DNA of 64,000 nucleotides from Gracilinanus agilis (GCF_016433145.1 NC_058131.1:562971577-563035576), one strand, 5' to 3'. Shown: positions 12,821 through 26,189, counted from the first letter of the stretch. The notes: generated by a model from the sequence alone, not told the origin. Translations and numbers: made by a program.

Positions 12821-13852
12821 GGCATTTTTAATGATTAAAGAATGGTAGAAGAGGTTGGGAAGAGTTATAGAAAAGAAGAAAGGAGTATCCCCAAAACGAG
12901 ACATCCCATCCATGACAGTGGAGGTGCTGAAATCTTCAACTGGCAGAACAACCTGGATTTAGCTTCCAGTGAGCTACTCTATTAGAATTTCTAGAATCTC
13001 AGATTTGGAAGGCACCCCAGAGACCATCTATTCTAACCCAGCCTTGACCAAGGATCTTCTCTACAACATCATAGCAATGTTAGCTGTCATTCAGATGGCG
13101 TTTTATGGGCTATCAAGAGTTTCACATACATTATCCCATTTATTGTTCTGTGAACCAGGTGCTATAATTTCCCCCATTTTATAGGTAAGGAACTTGAGGT
13201 CCAGAGAGCAGTCAACAGGAAGTGATTTAGATGGTGTTTGAATCCAAGTCTTACTGACTTCAAGCCATCGCCACTTACTCATACCATATCAACTTAAAGA
13301 CATCTTATAAAAGGGAAATCACTTCCACTTGGAGCACTCCATTTCCTTTCTGGAAAGCTCTGATTGTTAGGGAGTTCTCCCCTTACATCAGGGCTTAAAT
13401 CTGCCTCTCTCAAAGACAGGGCTATCTTCTAAGACTCTTTGCTGGATTCAGCAGCCTTGAAAACATTTACCCATCTATAATTTATTATTTTGTGTAAGTA
13501 GGAAAATTAAACCAAATCAACATTTATTTCTCACTTGGCATAAATCAGAAGATATGGGCATAGGCATGGCCACTATTGGTCCTGGTTGCCTCTGAGTAGT
13601 CTGCCTTTGGCCTAGTTTCCCAGCAACCTTCATAGGATCTTAAATCTAGAATGAGAAAACACCTTAAGAGATCATTCAGGGATTCTTAACTTGGGGTCTA
13701 TGACCTATTATTTTTCCCTTATCTATACATCAATTGGTTTCTTCTTTCATCCTTCATATTTGTTTTTTTACACTTAAAAATGATAAAAATCTAGTTGCTC
13801 AAAAGGAAATTATTAACTATTTTTCTTTTCACATCTGGGCCTTGGTGCCTAC

Positions 13853-14022
13853 CTTGAATCTTCTGTCATACTTGATGACTGTATCTGCAAAGTCAATCTT
13901 CTCTCGCTTGCCCACAAACTGCCGGAGTTCTGGATGCTCATCCATCCCAATGTAATCGCCAATGAAATTCCTATTAATGCTATTTCTCCTTCTCTCTTTC
14001 TTGTTCAGGAGCAGGTCAGAGG
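13853..14022 (-). CDS. MYO1E: MYO1E exon 21 (start of TH1 tail)
   Basis: (A)[56 protein letters not shown]. 170 bp, acceptor tctcag, donor gtaggc, phase 1 to 0. Overlaps ORF-track entry 13829..14053(-). Confidence 0.98.
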
Positions 14023-14236
14023 CTGAGATTTCCCCAGAAGTCAAAGAATACAAAGCAAAGAAATGATTGTGTAAGAAGGGAGTAGGGAAGAACTTAGCAT
14101 GAAAATACAGAATATTGTATGACTCTTTTAGGGGAATTGTATGTTAATATCCTAGCAAAAATAATGCTAATTTCCATACCCATATGGTGCCAGACTAGTC
14201 TCAAGATATTGATAAATACATGGTCAAATTTATTTA

Positions 14237-14359
<123 letters not shown>

Positions 14360-14550
14360 TTAAATGAAGAAGAAAACAAACTCAGCTATTTTCTAAAGAG
14401 TTTTATTGATGCCTTTTATTTTACACCAGTCATTTCTCTGTTCATCCCTCCCCTGGTGAATCCTTCCTAGTAACAACAAAAAAGTCAATCAAAGCAGACA
14501 TATCGAGAGTTTCTGACACTACATACAGTAATCCACCAGCCATTTTTTGG

Positions 14551-14785
14551 TTTTATTTTGAGACTTAGTCTTCCTAGTTTTCCCAAGCTGTTTTCAAACT
14601 GGGCCAGTTCCCCTTCTATAGGTGGTCTGATAGATAGTCCACTGCTCCCAGCTCCCAAAGTCTCAACATATTGGTGCCAGATTTAGTGTTATAGACCTCT
14701 GAACTCAGAACACCCAAATTCAAGAGACCCACTAATCTCAAGAGTCCTGGAGGCAGGGACTTGAAGGCATGTGTCACTATTGATG
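14551..14785 (-). mobile_element. 7SL (SRP) RNA-derived retroposon, P7SL_MD-like
   Basis: The minus strand matches 7SL blocks in order (GTGACACATGCC..AGTCCC; CACTAAATCTGGCACCAATATG; GAAGGGGAACTGGCCCAG; CAGCTTGGGAAAACTAGGAAGAC..GTCTC), followed by an A-rich tail. Part of the S domain is missing. Confidence 0.8.
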
Positions 14786-15867
14786 GTTCCCACAAATCAT
14801 CTTAGAAATTGTGAAAAATCATGTCGTTTTTACTAACAAAAACATTCAGTTCAATTACTCAGTTGAGGGAACTTTTAATTTTGTGATTCATCCTGAGATA
14901 AGGAAATTAAGGGTTTGAATCAGAATCACATGCTTCTTCTTCTTTGGGAGGAAGCATGGTACAATGAAAATAAGACTATTTCTTGAGCCAGGTATTCTGA
15001 ATTGAATTTCAAATTCTGCTAATTACTACATTAGTGACCTTTGGTAAGTGAGGATTAGATGACCTCCAAAGTTTCTTCTAGCTCTGAATCAATGATCCAG
15101 TAAAGAGGTAGAGATTGGGACTGGGTTTATTATGACCTCATTGATATAATGAACTTCCAGGGAAATGAGCTTTCTCTACTAAGGCAGGTTAGCACCTTTT
15201 TGATCATTTATAGTTTTAGAGAACTGTCTAGAACTTTACAAGGTTAAATGACTTGCCCAAGGTCACAATGCCATTAGGTGCCAAGAGCTGGTACCTGAAC
15301 CCGAACTTTGATCCAGTTCTCGCTCCCCTATGCCAGGCTGTTTCTCAGTTGCCTTTCCTCAAATAGGTGGGAAAATATTTCAATGATTAATTATTATTTA
15401 TTTCTCATTAAGAGCTTGTAATAGAAGACAAATAGATCTGATTGTATAGCTCATATTATGGAATTTAGCACAGTCTCATATAATTTTGTTTTTATTGAAA
15501 AGAATAACAACTAGGATTTATATAGAGCTTTAAAGATTTACAAAGTGCTTTACAAATATTATTTCGTTTGATCCTCACAGCAAATCCTGGGAGGTTGGGT
15601 GCTATGCTTGTTTAACAGATGAGAAAACTGAGGGATGCAGTATTTAAGTGACTTGTCTAGGCTCACACAGGTAGCAAGTATCTGAGGTAAGATATGAACT
15701 TGGGTCTTCTTGCCTCTAGATCCAATGCTCTACCCACTGTACCACCCTACTGCTTCATGTCTTATTTTCCTAATTGCATGGTAAAATTTTTGAGGGTAAG
15801 GATCATGTCTTATATGTGGCGTCCCTTAAAGTGTGAAAAATATCAGATGCTTAAAAAATGCCTATTT

Positions 15868-16107
15868 AAGAGGTAGCTAGGTAGCACAGCGAATAGAGTG
15901 CCAGGCCTGGAGGCAAGAGGATTTTGGGTTCAAATTTGGCCTCATACACACCTCCTAGCTGTGTGACAGTGGGCAAGTCACTTAATTCCAACTGCCTAGA
16001 CCTTATGGCTCTTCTGCTTTGGAACTAATACTTAGTATCGATTTTAAGACAGATGGTAATGGTTTAAAAAAAATTGATACAAAGGCAGAAAGTAAGAGTT
16101 TAAAAAA
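15868..16107 (+). mobile_element. SINE1-type with duplicated tail end
   Basis: Head, CORE, tail and then a second GGCAGAAAGTAAGAGTTT end. Confidence 0.75.
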
Positions 16108-16470
16108 TGGACGTCTGTACTAGCAGCAATGCAATGACCCAGGACAATTCTGAGGGACTTATGGAAAAGAACGCTGCCCACGTTCAGAGGAAGAACTACA
16201 GGAGAGGAAAGATAGAAGAAAAGCAACTGCTTGAACACAGGGGTTGAGGTGGACATGATTGGGGATGTAGACTCGAAACTACCACACCAATGCAACTACC
16301 AACAATTTGGAAATAAATCTTGATCGATGACACATGTTAAAACCAGTGGAAATGTGCATTGGCTATGGGAGGGGGAGAGGAGGTTGGGGGGTGAAGGGGA
16401 AAGTAAGAATATGAATCATGTAACCATGATAACTTTTCTAAAAAATAAAAATTATTTTTAAAAAAGGAAT
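16108..16470 (+). mobile_element. 5'-truncated L1 3' end
   Basis: CAATGCAATGACCCAGGACAATTCTGAGGGAC..., G-rich 3' UTR tract and A-rich tail typical of opossum L1. Confidence 0.8.
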
Positions 16471-17282
16471 TTTAAAAAATGCCTATTTTTTGAAGCAATT
16501 GATCTCTGGTAATATATTGGTAATCCCTTTAAAGAATTTGAAGAGTTTCCATTTCAAAATACATACAAGGTAGATTTTGGGGTCCTGAAAATGAGAGTGA
16601 CTAACGTTTCATTATCTGAAAACATCAGCTTCCCATCTCATGTGACTTTGCAAATCATTTCCAGACTGAAAGTGATGAAACACAAATGTGTGATGGTAAA
16701 CACTTTTGCCACTGTAATGCTCCATCGGTTTAAGGGTGCTGAAGCAAAGGGTGATTGGCATAAATTAATCAATCATGAAAACACATATTAAATGGGCAAA
16801 ATGATTTCCTTGCTTTTTGCTGTTTTTCTTCTACTACTTATCAAAGTTTTTAAGCACGGAGCAATGTTCCTGACTTCACAGAATGAAACTGAAGGGAAGA
16901 ATAAAATTCCACAATGTAGAAAACTAAAAGCCCATAGTAAAAATATTCTGATATAAATAACTGGGCTTAGTTATGAAGGAACAGGACTTTATTTCTTGTT
17001 TCATATTTCTATATTCCTCGCCACCCACATTCTCATCAACTTCTTGCAATCTGTCTTCTGTACCCACTGTGCTACTGAAGCTGTTCTCTCAAAGCCACCA
17101 ATGACTTCTTAGTTACCAAACCCCATGGTGGTGATAAAGAGATGGTTGATCGTTGTTCCCCTCAACCTATCAGACAATCAGTAAATCACTCTTAAGCAAC
17201 CACTATTTGTCAAACACTGCATTATACACTCTTTCCTTGCCTGTCTTCAGAGATGCCACAACTTCTTTAAGTTTTTCTCTCA

Positions 17283-17520
17283 TCTTTCTCTTTTTTTTCT
17301 CTCTCTCTCTTTCTTTCTCTCTCTCTCAAAACTTTACCTTCCATCTTAGAATCACTACTGTATATGGGTTCCAAGGCAGAAGAGTAGTAAGGGCTAGGCA
17401 ATGGAGGTTAAGTGACTTGCCCAGGGTCACACAGATAGGAATCTGTCTGAGGCCAGATTTGAACCTAGGACCTCCCGTCTCTAGGTCTGGCTCTCAATCT
17501 GCTGAGACACCTACTTATCT
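17283..17520 (-). mobile_element. SINE1-type long-tail with (CT)n-converted tail
   Basis: Reverse SINE at ~17328-17520, preceded by a CT-rich tract. Confidence 0.8.
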
Positions 17521-18654
17521 TTATAGGGGTTTCTTACCTCTTCTCCCGTGAGCCGTAATGCTCGATGTGCCCCTAAGTTCCATCCTTGGTGTTTCTGTCT
17601 TAGGTTTTGTCCTATATTTTCTACATTCTCCTCTTTGAAACTCATTCCTTCTCATGGCTTCTACTATCATCTGAATACAATTCACTTCAAAATCTATGCC
17701 TTTGCACATAAATATGGAAGTATGTAACTATAATATGGACTTATATAGCCAACTAATGACCTGGCATCTCAACCTCAGCATCTCGCATCAGTACCTTAAA
17801 CTTGGGCCATAAAATCATAGCTCTAGATTTTGAAGGGACTCTAAGAGTCATCTAGTTCAAGCGCCTTATTTTAGAGAAGGAATCTGAGACTCCAGGACTT
17901 GCCCGATATGGCACACTTAGGGAGTAAGTGGTAATGCAGGTCCTTGGACTCTGAACCCAATATTCTTTCTACTGTGCCACATCATGAGGAGAAGGAAAAG
18001 CAATGGAAAATCAGCAGTAATTAGGCATGTGTGCCAGGCACTGTGTTAGATATCATCTCATTTGATCCCCACAACAGCTCTATGAAGTAGAAAGCTATTC
18101 TCTCCACTTCACAGTTGAGGAAACAGAAGTTGAGGAAGGTTAAGTGATTTTCCCAGGGACAGATAGATGGCTAATAAGTGTCTACGGCCAGATTTGAATT
18201 TAGAACTTCTTGACCAAGCCCTCCTTTATCCAATATGCCTCTTTGTTGCCTCTAATAATCCATCAAAAGGGGTTTCTTCTTTGGATTTGACTGGCGTGGT
18301 TAGTGGCAAGAATATTCACCTAATCCCCCACGACGGAAACTTTGGTGTTCTCATGGACACATTTGCTCTCATTTGTACCATCCAGCAGGCTACCAGGCTT
18401 CACCCACTTTACCTCTGCAGTATTTCTTGCTTCCTTGACCAGGTCTTTATTTTCATTTTTACCACCCCAGTATACTACCACACTGCTGGAATCTCAAGGG
18501 GTCAGCCTGAAAACTCTTTCATCTTCATTCTCTGTCCCTTCAACCATCCCATTGCTCATATAGTGGACAGGCATCTTCTTTACAACGAGATCTACTCAGA
18601 TCACCCACTTGCTCAAAACTGTTTCATGACTCTATTATCTGTTATGTGCCAGGT

Positions 18655-19090
18655 AGCTAGGTGATGGAGTGGATAAGAGTGCTGTGCTTGGAGTTAGAAA
18701 GACCTGAGTTCAAATCCATCCTCAGTCACTTGCTAGCTGTGTGACCCTGGACAAGCCGCTTAATCTCTTTTCCTCAGTTTCATCATCTATAAAATGAGCT
18801 AGAGACAGGCTTAGAGATAGGAGATCCTAGGTTCAAATCTGACCTCAGACACTTCCCAGCCGTGTGACCCTGGGTAAGTCACTTAACCCCCAATGCCTAA
18901 CCCTTACCATTCTTCTTCCTTGGAACAAATAAACAGCATTGATTCTAAGATGCAAGTTAAGGGTTTACAAAGAAAAAAAAAAGGGGAGGGGGGCCGGAGA
19001 AGGAAATAGCAAATTACTCCAATATCGTTGCCAAGAAAACCCCAAATGGCGCCATGAAGAGTCAGATACATCTGAAATGACTGAACAGCA
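18655..19090 (+). mobile_element. Mar1 SINE with nested SINE1 (~18805-18985)
   Basis: Mar1 CORE, inserted SINE1 body with A tail, then the Mar1 tail resumes (GAAGGAAATAGCAAATTACTCC). Confidence 0.75.
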
Positions 19091-19464
19091 ACTATCTACT
19101 TAACAAAATTAAAAACTCCTCTGTCTGGAATTCAAATCATTCCAGAGATCTTCTATTTAGAGCTTGGAAGAACCTTGGAGGTCATCTAGTCCAACTGCCT
19201 CATTTTAGAATTAAGATAACTGAGGTCAAGTGACTTATCTAAGGTCACAGTGGTAATAATTAGTAGAACTTGAGATTCAGCCCAAATTATCTGGTTCAAA
19301 AATTTAGTCAACAAATATTTTATCAAATGATGCCTTCTCTAGTGTGGGATGGGGGAATGGGGGGGAAGACACCTGGGACCTTTAATGTAATAAGCAAATT
19401 CAAAAGAGGTCATACTCAGTGCAACACTCTCCCGCCCCCCCCAAGTCATTTTAATACTCTTATA

Positions 19465-19640
19465 CTTTTCTTATAAACTTAAGAAAATATACCATTGAAT
19501 AATATGGAAATAGGTATCAAGTGATAACATTTGAACAACCCAGTGGAATTGCTTGTCAGCTCTGGGAGAGGGGGGAGGGAAAGAAAATGAATCACGTAAA
19601 CATGGAAAAATATTTTTAAAAAAATAAAAATTTAGAATGA
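19465..19640 (+). mobile_element. L1 3'-end fragment
   Basis: AACAATATGGAAATAGG-like motif ... GAATCACGTAAACATGGAAAAATA. Confidence 0.7.
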
Positions 19641-21161
19641 AAGAAAATATGACTATGTCCATAAGATCCCACGAAAACCAAAGAAGGGAGAGTTCACTTG
19701 TACCTATTGGTTTATCAGCCTCATTTCTTAAGCGATCTCAGTTCATGTTGGTTGTCCAAAGTAATCCTTCCAAATAGGATAAATGAGCATTTCTTATCAC
19801 ATGGAGCATTTTTAAGCCAATACATTTAGCTCCCTTTTGGTTTGGGGGTTATTTTGAGAGTGCCATAGAAAAGACACTAGTGAGTCACCAAACAGAACAA
19901 AGAGGCTACCAATTCACAACTGCCTAGACGCTGTTGCCATGCCAAGTGGGATCTTTCCCTCCAAGATCAGCTCGATTTTGTATTGCTTGCAAAAAACCCC
20001 TGGGGCTAGAAACCAGGGAGGTTAGCAAAAGGAAAAACATCCCCATCATTGAGCTTTACTGTCCAATGTGGCTTCTCAAAGCAAATAGATCATTTTGCAA
20101 ATTCAGCAGAGTCACCAGAAGGGCCAAGTCTAAGTCACATGGTGAAAGATGCCTTTGGGAGAGCCCTGGGAGGCCAGGGATGAACGTGTGCAGAAGTTGG
20201 AGGCGGGAAGTAGGGTGTTCAAATAATGTCAGTCAGAGGGATAAATTGAAAAGAAATAAAAAACAACAACAACAAAAATAGACCCTTGGAATTTTGGAGC
20301 TGAACCTCCCAAATCAACAAAGGGTAGAAGGAGGGTGAAAGCAAAAAAGGGCAATAAAATGTGCTGGCTGATTTAATTACATAGAAAAATCTGCAAGTTG
20401 AAAAGCAAAAGAGGATCTAGAACTACAAGAGGATGTTCTGCATTGGACCAATAAATCAGTTGGTCTCATTTTAGAAAAATTAGAAAAAACAAAACAAAAC
20501 AAAACAGGAACTATTCTGTGGGTTGCTTAATGATATATGACACAACATTTTAATTTTAAATATAGAAATGAAGTCACCACTGTGATGCTACAAATAACCC
20601 AAAGTGCAGAATGCTACCACATCCTTTTCATAAATGCATTTTATCGATGTGTGCCATTTAATTTCATATTTTTAAGGCCAAGAGGCAGATGTTCTGAATT
20701 GGAACAAAAAGGGGTAAAAACACTCTGAATCCCTTAGCCTTAGGAAAGCATCTCAAAATCCTATGAAAGATTCTCTGAGGTATCAAAAGCAATTGCACAG
20801 ACATGATTAAATATTAACATGACTTTTGTGACTTTCTTCTAGGTAGTCATTACTTAAAAGACAGACAAATGAGACCTTGCCAAGCAAAGAGGCCACAGGC
20901 TCCAACTTGGTACAGCCCTCGCCTCATAACCATTTTCTTTCCTCTCCTGACAACACTGATGGTTGTAAATGTGTTGGTTTTTTTTTTCCTTGAGGCTCCC
21001 TTATAATAGAAACCAACCTCTGCAGTCATCGATTGAATTCAATAACCATTTATTAAGCAATTACTATGTGTAGGACACCGTGCTGAGAACTTGAAATACA
21101 AAGAAAAATGGTAGCTGCTCTTCGGGGGCTTACACTACTGGGCAAAAACAACATGTACAAA

Positions 21162-21343
21162 GGGGCAGCTGGGTAGCTCAGTGGAGTGAGAGTCAGGCCT
21201 AGAGACGGGAGGTCCTAAGTTCAAACCCAGCCTCAGCCACTTCCCAGCTGTGTGACCTTGGGCAAGTCACTTGACCCCCTTTGCCCACCCTTACCACTCT
21301 TCCACCTATGAGACAATACACCGAAGTACAAGGGTTTAAAAAA

Positions 21344-21374
<31 letters not shown>

Positions 21375-21375
21375 A
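21162..21375 (+). mobile_element. SINE1_Mdo-type, young short-tail
   Basis: Full length with long poly-A. TSD AACATGTACAAAG. Confidence 0.93.
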
Positions 21376-21524
21376 AACATGTACAAAGATTTGAAGAGGA
21401 AGAGAACCCTGACAACTGGGAAGTTCAGAGAACTGTCCATGGGCTGAATTTTGAAGGAAGAGGATTCTAAGAAGGGGAGCTAAGGGACTTCTTTAATAGA
21501 AGTTGCCTATATTCTTATTATTTT

Positions 21525-21718
21525 AAGCTCTTACCTTCCGTCTTAGAATCAATACTGTGTATTGGTTCCAAGGCAGAAGAGTAGTAAGGGCTAAGCAATG
21601 GGGGATAAGTGACTTGTCCAGGGTCACACAGCTAGGAAGTATCTAAGGCTACATTTGAACCTAGGACTTCCCAACTTTAGGCCTGGCTCTCAGTCCACTG
21701 AGCCATACAGTGGCCCCC
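21525..21718 (-). mobile_element. SINE1-type long-tail
   Basis: Reverse copy ~150 bp from the 21162 element. Confidence 0.8.
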
Positions 21719-22406
21719 AATTTTATACTACTTGACATAGGTATATGTTTTCCAACATATTTTTCACCATCCTTCCATCTTTGACATAAAGTCACTTATG
21801 TTTGTTTGATTTGAAAAGTCTCAATGGAGTGCACAGAATTTCTCTACTTCTTCATCCCTCCACAACTACGGTTGGCCCATAAGCTGAAATTACCTTTATT
21901 TTGGTCTTTTAACCGATTCTACCAAGAATACTGCAATATGAAATGATTAAATGCCCAGTGATATGATCTTGCCTAGGATATACACACATCAAAGTCAGCT
22001 TCACTTGCTTTCTTGGTCTTTCCATGTGCACCATCTTTTCCTTTCACTGTGACTTCTTTTGATCTTCTGTTTCATACCAGAGTGAGAATGTCAAGATGAA
22101 TAGGTTCATCCAGAACCAAATTCCACTCCATCACTGGACAAGGATCTCACATTTGCAGTACAAACTGTTTACATGGATTACATCAGGGACTTCATTTCGG
22201 TTTGTTATTATAGCCCTAGTGCCAAACATTACCCAGAGTTCTCACCTAATACTTGATGAATAATGATATAATTTTTTTTGAACCCTTACATTTTATCTTA
22301 GTAACAACTCTAAGAGAGAAGTGCAAGGGTTAGGCAAACAAGATTAAGTGACTTGCCCAGGACTTGCCCACTTTAACTCAGATTCTCTAGACTCTAGATC
22401 TTAGCT

Positions 22407-23201
22407 TGTGGAAAGGGAATCCTTTGTTCTCTTTGCCTAGTTGAAGTTGATACTTTGGCAATAACTTAAGTATCCCTACTTAGTACCTCTCTAGATTGTG
22501 AGGACAAGATTAGCTCTCCTTTGTCTACCTTTTGATTGAATCAACACAGGCTTGGAACTAGGTGGAGGAGCTCACAAACCACTTAGTGAGTTCACAACTT
22601 ATTTGATGCGAGGTGAGAAACCAGCAAGATACTTGGAGAGCTCCACCTTTTCCCCCAAACTCAAACATCCAGAAACTTAAAGAGTTCACACACTCAGAAA
22701 AGCATGAATCCAAAGGTGACAACTCAGACAACTTGGAAATTGTGATTGGTCCCCATGGAAAGGAGCAGGGACAGGAAACCACCATAAAAGCCATGAAAAT
22801 CCCTGAGCAGTGAGTCTGGTGAAGGTGACTTCAGTGAAGAATGTCTCCTGGAGATAGTCTTTGAGGGAACTTCATTGGAGACTGGCTTAGACTGAGGCAT
22901 GGATTGTGGAATCAACCTTGGATTCTGACTCCTGGACTACCTAGTTGGGTGAGTGAAAAGGACTGACTATTTTCCTAGTTTTCTAAGAGACTAGCTTCCA
23001 TCTTGGAGGAGGCTGGTAGTTTCTCTACCGGCCCTCCTGGCTGAGGACTAGTATAGGTATTTTCTCTAACCTCTCTCACATTTCTCTACCTTATTGTTTC
23101 CCACTCTATTTTTGTAAATAAACTTCCGACTTGAGATAGAACTCTGGCCAACCACGTAATTTCACATAATTTAAGTCCAATCACTAAATTTAAATCTTAT
23201 A
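22407..23201 (+). mobile_element. Solo ERV LTR (~795 bp), antisense to MYO1E, inserted into a SINE
   Basis: Starts TG and ends TATA (degenerate CA). Flanks AGCT/AGTT fit a 4-bp TSD. ATTGG at 22745, CATAAAAG at 22783, AATAAA at 23117. The interrupted SINE resumes at 23205. Confidence 0.75.
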
Positions 23202-25185
23202 AGTTTTATCCACTGTGCTACCCAGCTGCCTTTGTGTGAATGATTCAATTTAAAAAGAATCTACTGAATATTTGTCACTCAACAAGCACTTATTAAGAGC
23301 CTATTATATACCAGGTACTGTGCTAGAGACAAAAATATTACAAATTCCTACCAGCAAGGAACTTCTAATGTAGAAGACAGCATAGGTTGAGTATATGCAG
23401 AATAAATATAAAAAGAATAGTTAAATACAAAGTAGAGAATGAGGATAATAATGGCTGAGTCCAGGAAAGACCTCTTAGAAGGTGCTTAGGTGCTCAACAT
23501 TCTGATAGATGCCAAGGAAAGACTATAAGGAAGAAATAATGATTACCCTATTTCTGCTAAAGGAGCACCCTATTGCATTGGGAAGGTAAACCACAGCCAC
23601 TATAAAGCCAGTTTACAGGAACAATAATTAAACAGCAAAATGAGTGCAGAACCAGACCTTGAACTCAGGTATCCAGACTCCAAGTCCACTGTTTTCCACT
23701 AACTACACTGTCTTTGGTTGTGGTATACAGGATTGACTAGAGAGGGGATAGAAATGGATGCAGAGATATAAGCTGCTATGGTAACTCTGGTTGAAGTGTG
23801 GAACTGGATCCTAACAATAGGAATAGAGAGAAAGGGGTGAATGGGAGAGTTACTTTGAAGGAAGACTTTGAATATTGAGTAGACAGATAAGATAAAGGTA
23901 AAGGAAGAATCAGAGATAATCCCAAGGTTGAAATGTCTATAAAGCATTATTTTTAAGAAGCAGATGATCTAAAGCAGGAAGGTCATTTTTTTGTTGTTGA
24001 AGAATTTGTATTTAATCCTAGAGGGAATAAGGAACCACTAAGGTTTTTTGTGTACATTGAAGGACAGAGGGAATCCCTCCCTTCCTACCAATCTCCTTTC
24101 TCTCTCTCTCCCTCCATCCCTTCCTCCCTCTCTTTCTTTTTTCCTCCCACCCTCCCTTCCTTTCTTCCTTCCTCTTGCGGTACAATACTTCATAAAACAG
24201 CACCATACTTGGGAATGAAACTCTGGACAGCAATAATAGGGTGTTCAATTTAAGTTAGCTATGATGGAAAAGGACATGATGGTGAGTCTAATAAAATGAC
24301 TTACTAGATAATTGGAGCAAAAGAAGTTTCCCAGGAAAAGAATATGACCCTCTGAAAAGAGAAAAAGCTTATATTGGGTAATAAGGAGTCCCTCCTGTGG
24401 TGTTAAGACGCCCTTGTTCTCTCCCCTCAGAGGGTGTTCACAGGTACATTGAGAGAACAGAATGTTTCAGTTCTTTTTCATACCTAGTATTTTTTCTCTT
24501 CCTTTAGAGATTTGAAAGAGGCATGATTTGCTTTCCCATCCCATCTATATTTTCTGTTCCCTTGGGATGCAACTGATATTGGCTCCAAGTCTATTGGATT
24601 GAGACCGAGCAGACCTGTATGCCATTCTTTGCTCTGCCAATTATTTGGTTGCTATTGGGTAAGTCATTTAATCACTATTTACCTCAATTTCCTGTAAAAT
24701 AATGAATTAGATTAGATGTTCTCTAAAAACCCTTCTAGTTTTAACATGCTCTGATACTATGACTTAAAAACTGGCTGTGTTCCCTTTCAGTTTGCTCCAA
24801 TTCGGTGATTTTATTTTTTTCCTTGGATTCCATTTTCTAAATCTTTTCCTTTAGTGTGTGTATTTGAACCTTTCCCAAGTTCATGTTCTTCTTAAGCTGT
24901 GAAGCACAGAAAAGAGCCTATGATATTCTAGTAAAAATTTCATGCCTAGATGTAATAGCTTAATTTCCACATAATTTTAAAATGCTTTTATCAAGGGCTT
25001 AGCTGGTCCGGTCCATGATGCAAACACTATTTCTTAAGTCTACTTTTTTGGGTTAGGAATGGATATCTGGTATAGTCTTCATCTTCTGCTTCTTGTCGAC
25101 AGTGAGAGTATTTCTTCCTACCTACAAAAGTCTTTTGTAAAACAGGTAGGGCAACCTTCTCCAAGAAGGAACCTAGAACATAATA

Positions 25186-25440
25186 AGGGCAGCGAGGTGG
25201 CACAATGGATAGAATACTGGACTTAGAATTAGGAAGTCTTATCTCCCTGAATTCAAATATGGCCCTCAGATACTTGCTGGCTGTGTGACCCTGGCCACGT
25301 CACTTAACCCTCTTGGTCTCAGTTTTCTCATCTCTAAAATGAGCTGGAGAAGGAAAGAGCAAATCGCTCTAGTATCTTTGCCCAGAAAAATTGGGGTTGT
25401 AAAGAGTCAGACATGAGTGAAAAATGACCAAAACCAGAAC
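25186..25440 (+). mobile_element. Mar1 CORE-SINE
   Basis: Head, CORE and AAAGAGTCAGACATGAGTGA tail. Confidence 0.8.
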
Positions 25441-25544
25441 AAAGGAAATAAATAACTGCTTATTGATGATGTCAGTTAGTCTGGTGCTCTCCCATTCTTG
25501 TAATAAGTTACTGAGTTTCATCTCATAATTCGGTTTCTCTCTTT

Positions 25545-25742
25545 TTTTTAAACCCCTTATCTTCTATCTTAGAATTGATACCAAGTACCAGTTCCAAGGC
25601 AAACAAACAGTAAGGGCTAGGCAACTGGAGTAAAGTGACTTGGCCAGGGCACACAGTAAGGAAGTGTCTGAGGCCACATTTGAACCCAGGACCTCCTGAC
25701 TCTAGCTCTAGTATTCTATCCATTAAGCCACCTAGGTGTCTC
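25545..25742 (-). mobile_element. SINE1-type (older)
   Basis: Reverse head, CORE and tail. Confidence 0.75.
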
Positions 25743-26189
25743 TAATTTTATTTGTATGTATCTTTTATTTATGATATGCAGTCTGGCTTGGTAATATATT
25801 TTATAAAATCTGTTGGTTTCATCAAAAGGGGATTTTACAGCTCAGAGTAGGGCATTAGAGCCCAAACTGTCAGAATTCTGTCACTAATAAATCTTCTGAC
25901 CTAGAATTTATTCATTTTAAAGTTGCTCCTTGATAATTTGGTGACCATATTGGGCTTTCCCCCATAGTGGGAAATTTTATGTCAGTCTCTAACACAGAGT
26001 TAACTTCCTCATCAGAAATGACAGAGAATTCTCTAAAATGGCACATTGAGGTCTGACAAGCGTGAGAACTACAAGATATTTATGCTTGACTGGGTTACTT
26101 GCATAATTAGTGTTTCTATCAACCTAGTCAAAAGAGCTTTTCTCTTTTTTTTGTTCTCCAGTGAATCCAAAAATTAGTACTTGTTATTA

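Noticed and set aside
17153-18664. 132-aa and 165-aa ORFs
   Set aside because: Start at non-ATG codons or within SINE, microsatellite or L2 sequence, and no domain is recognisable.
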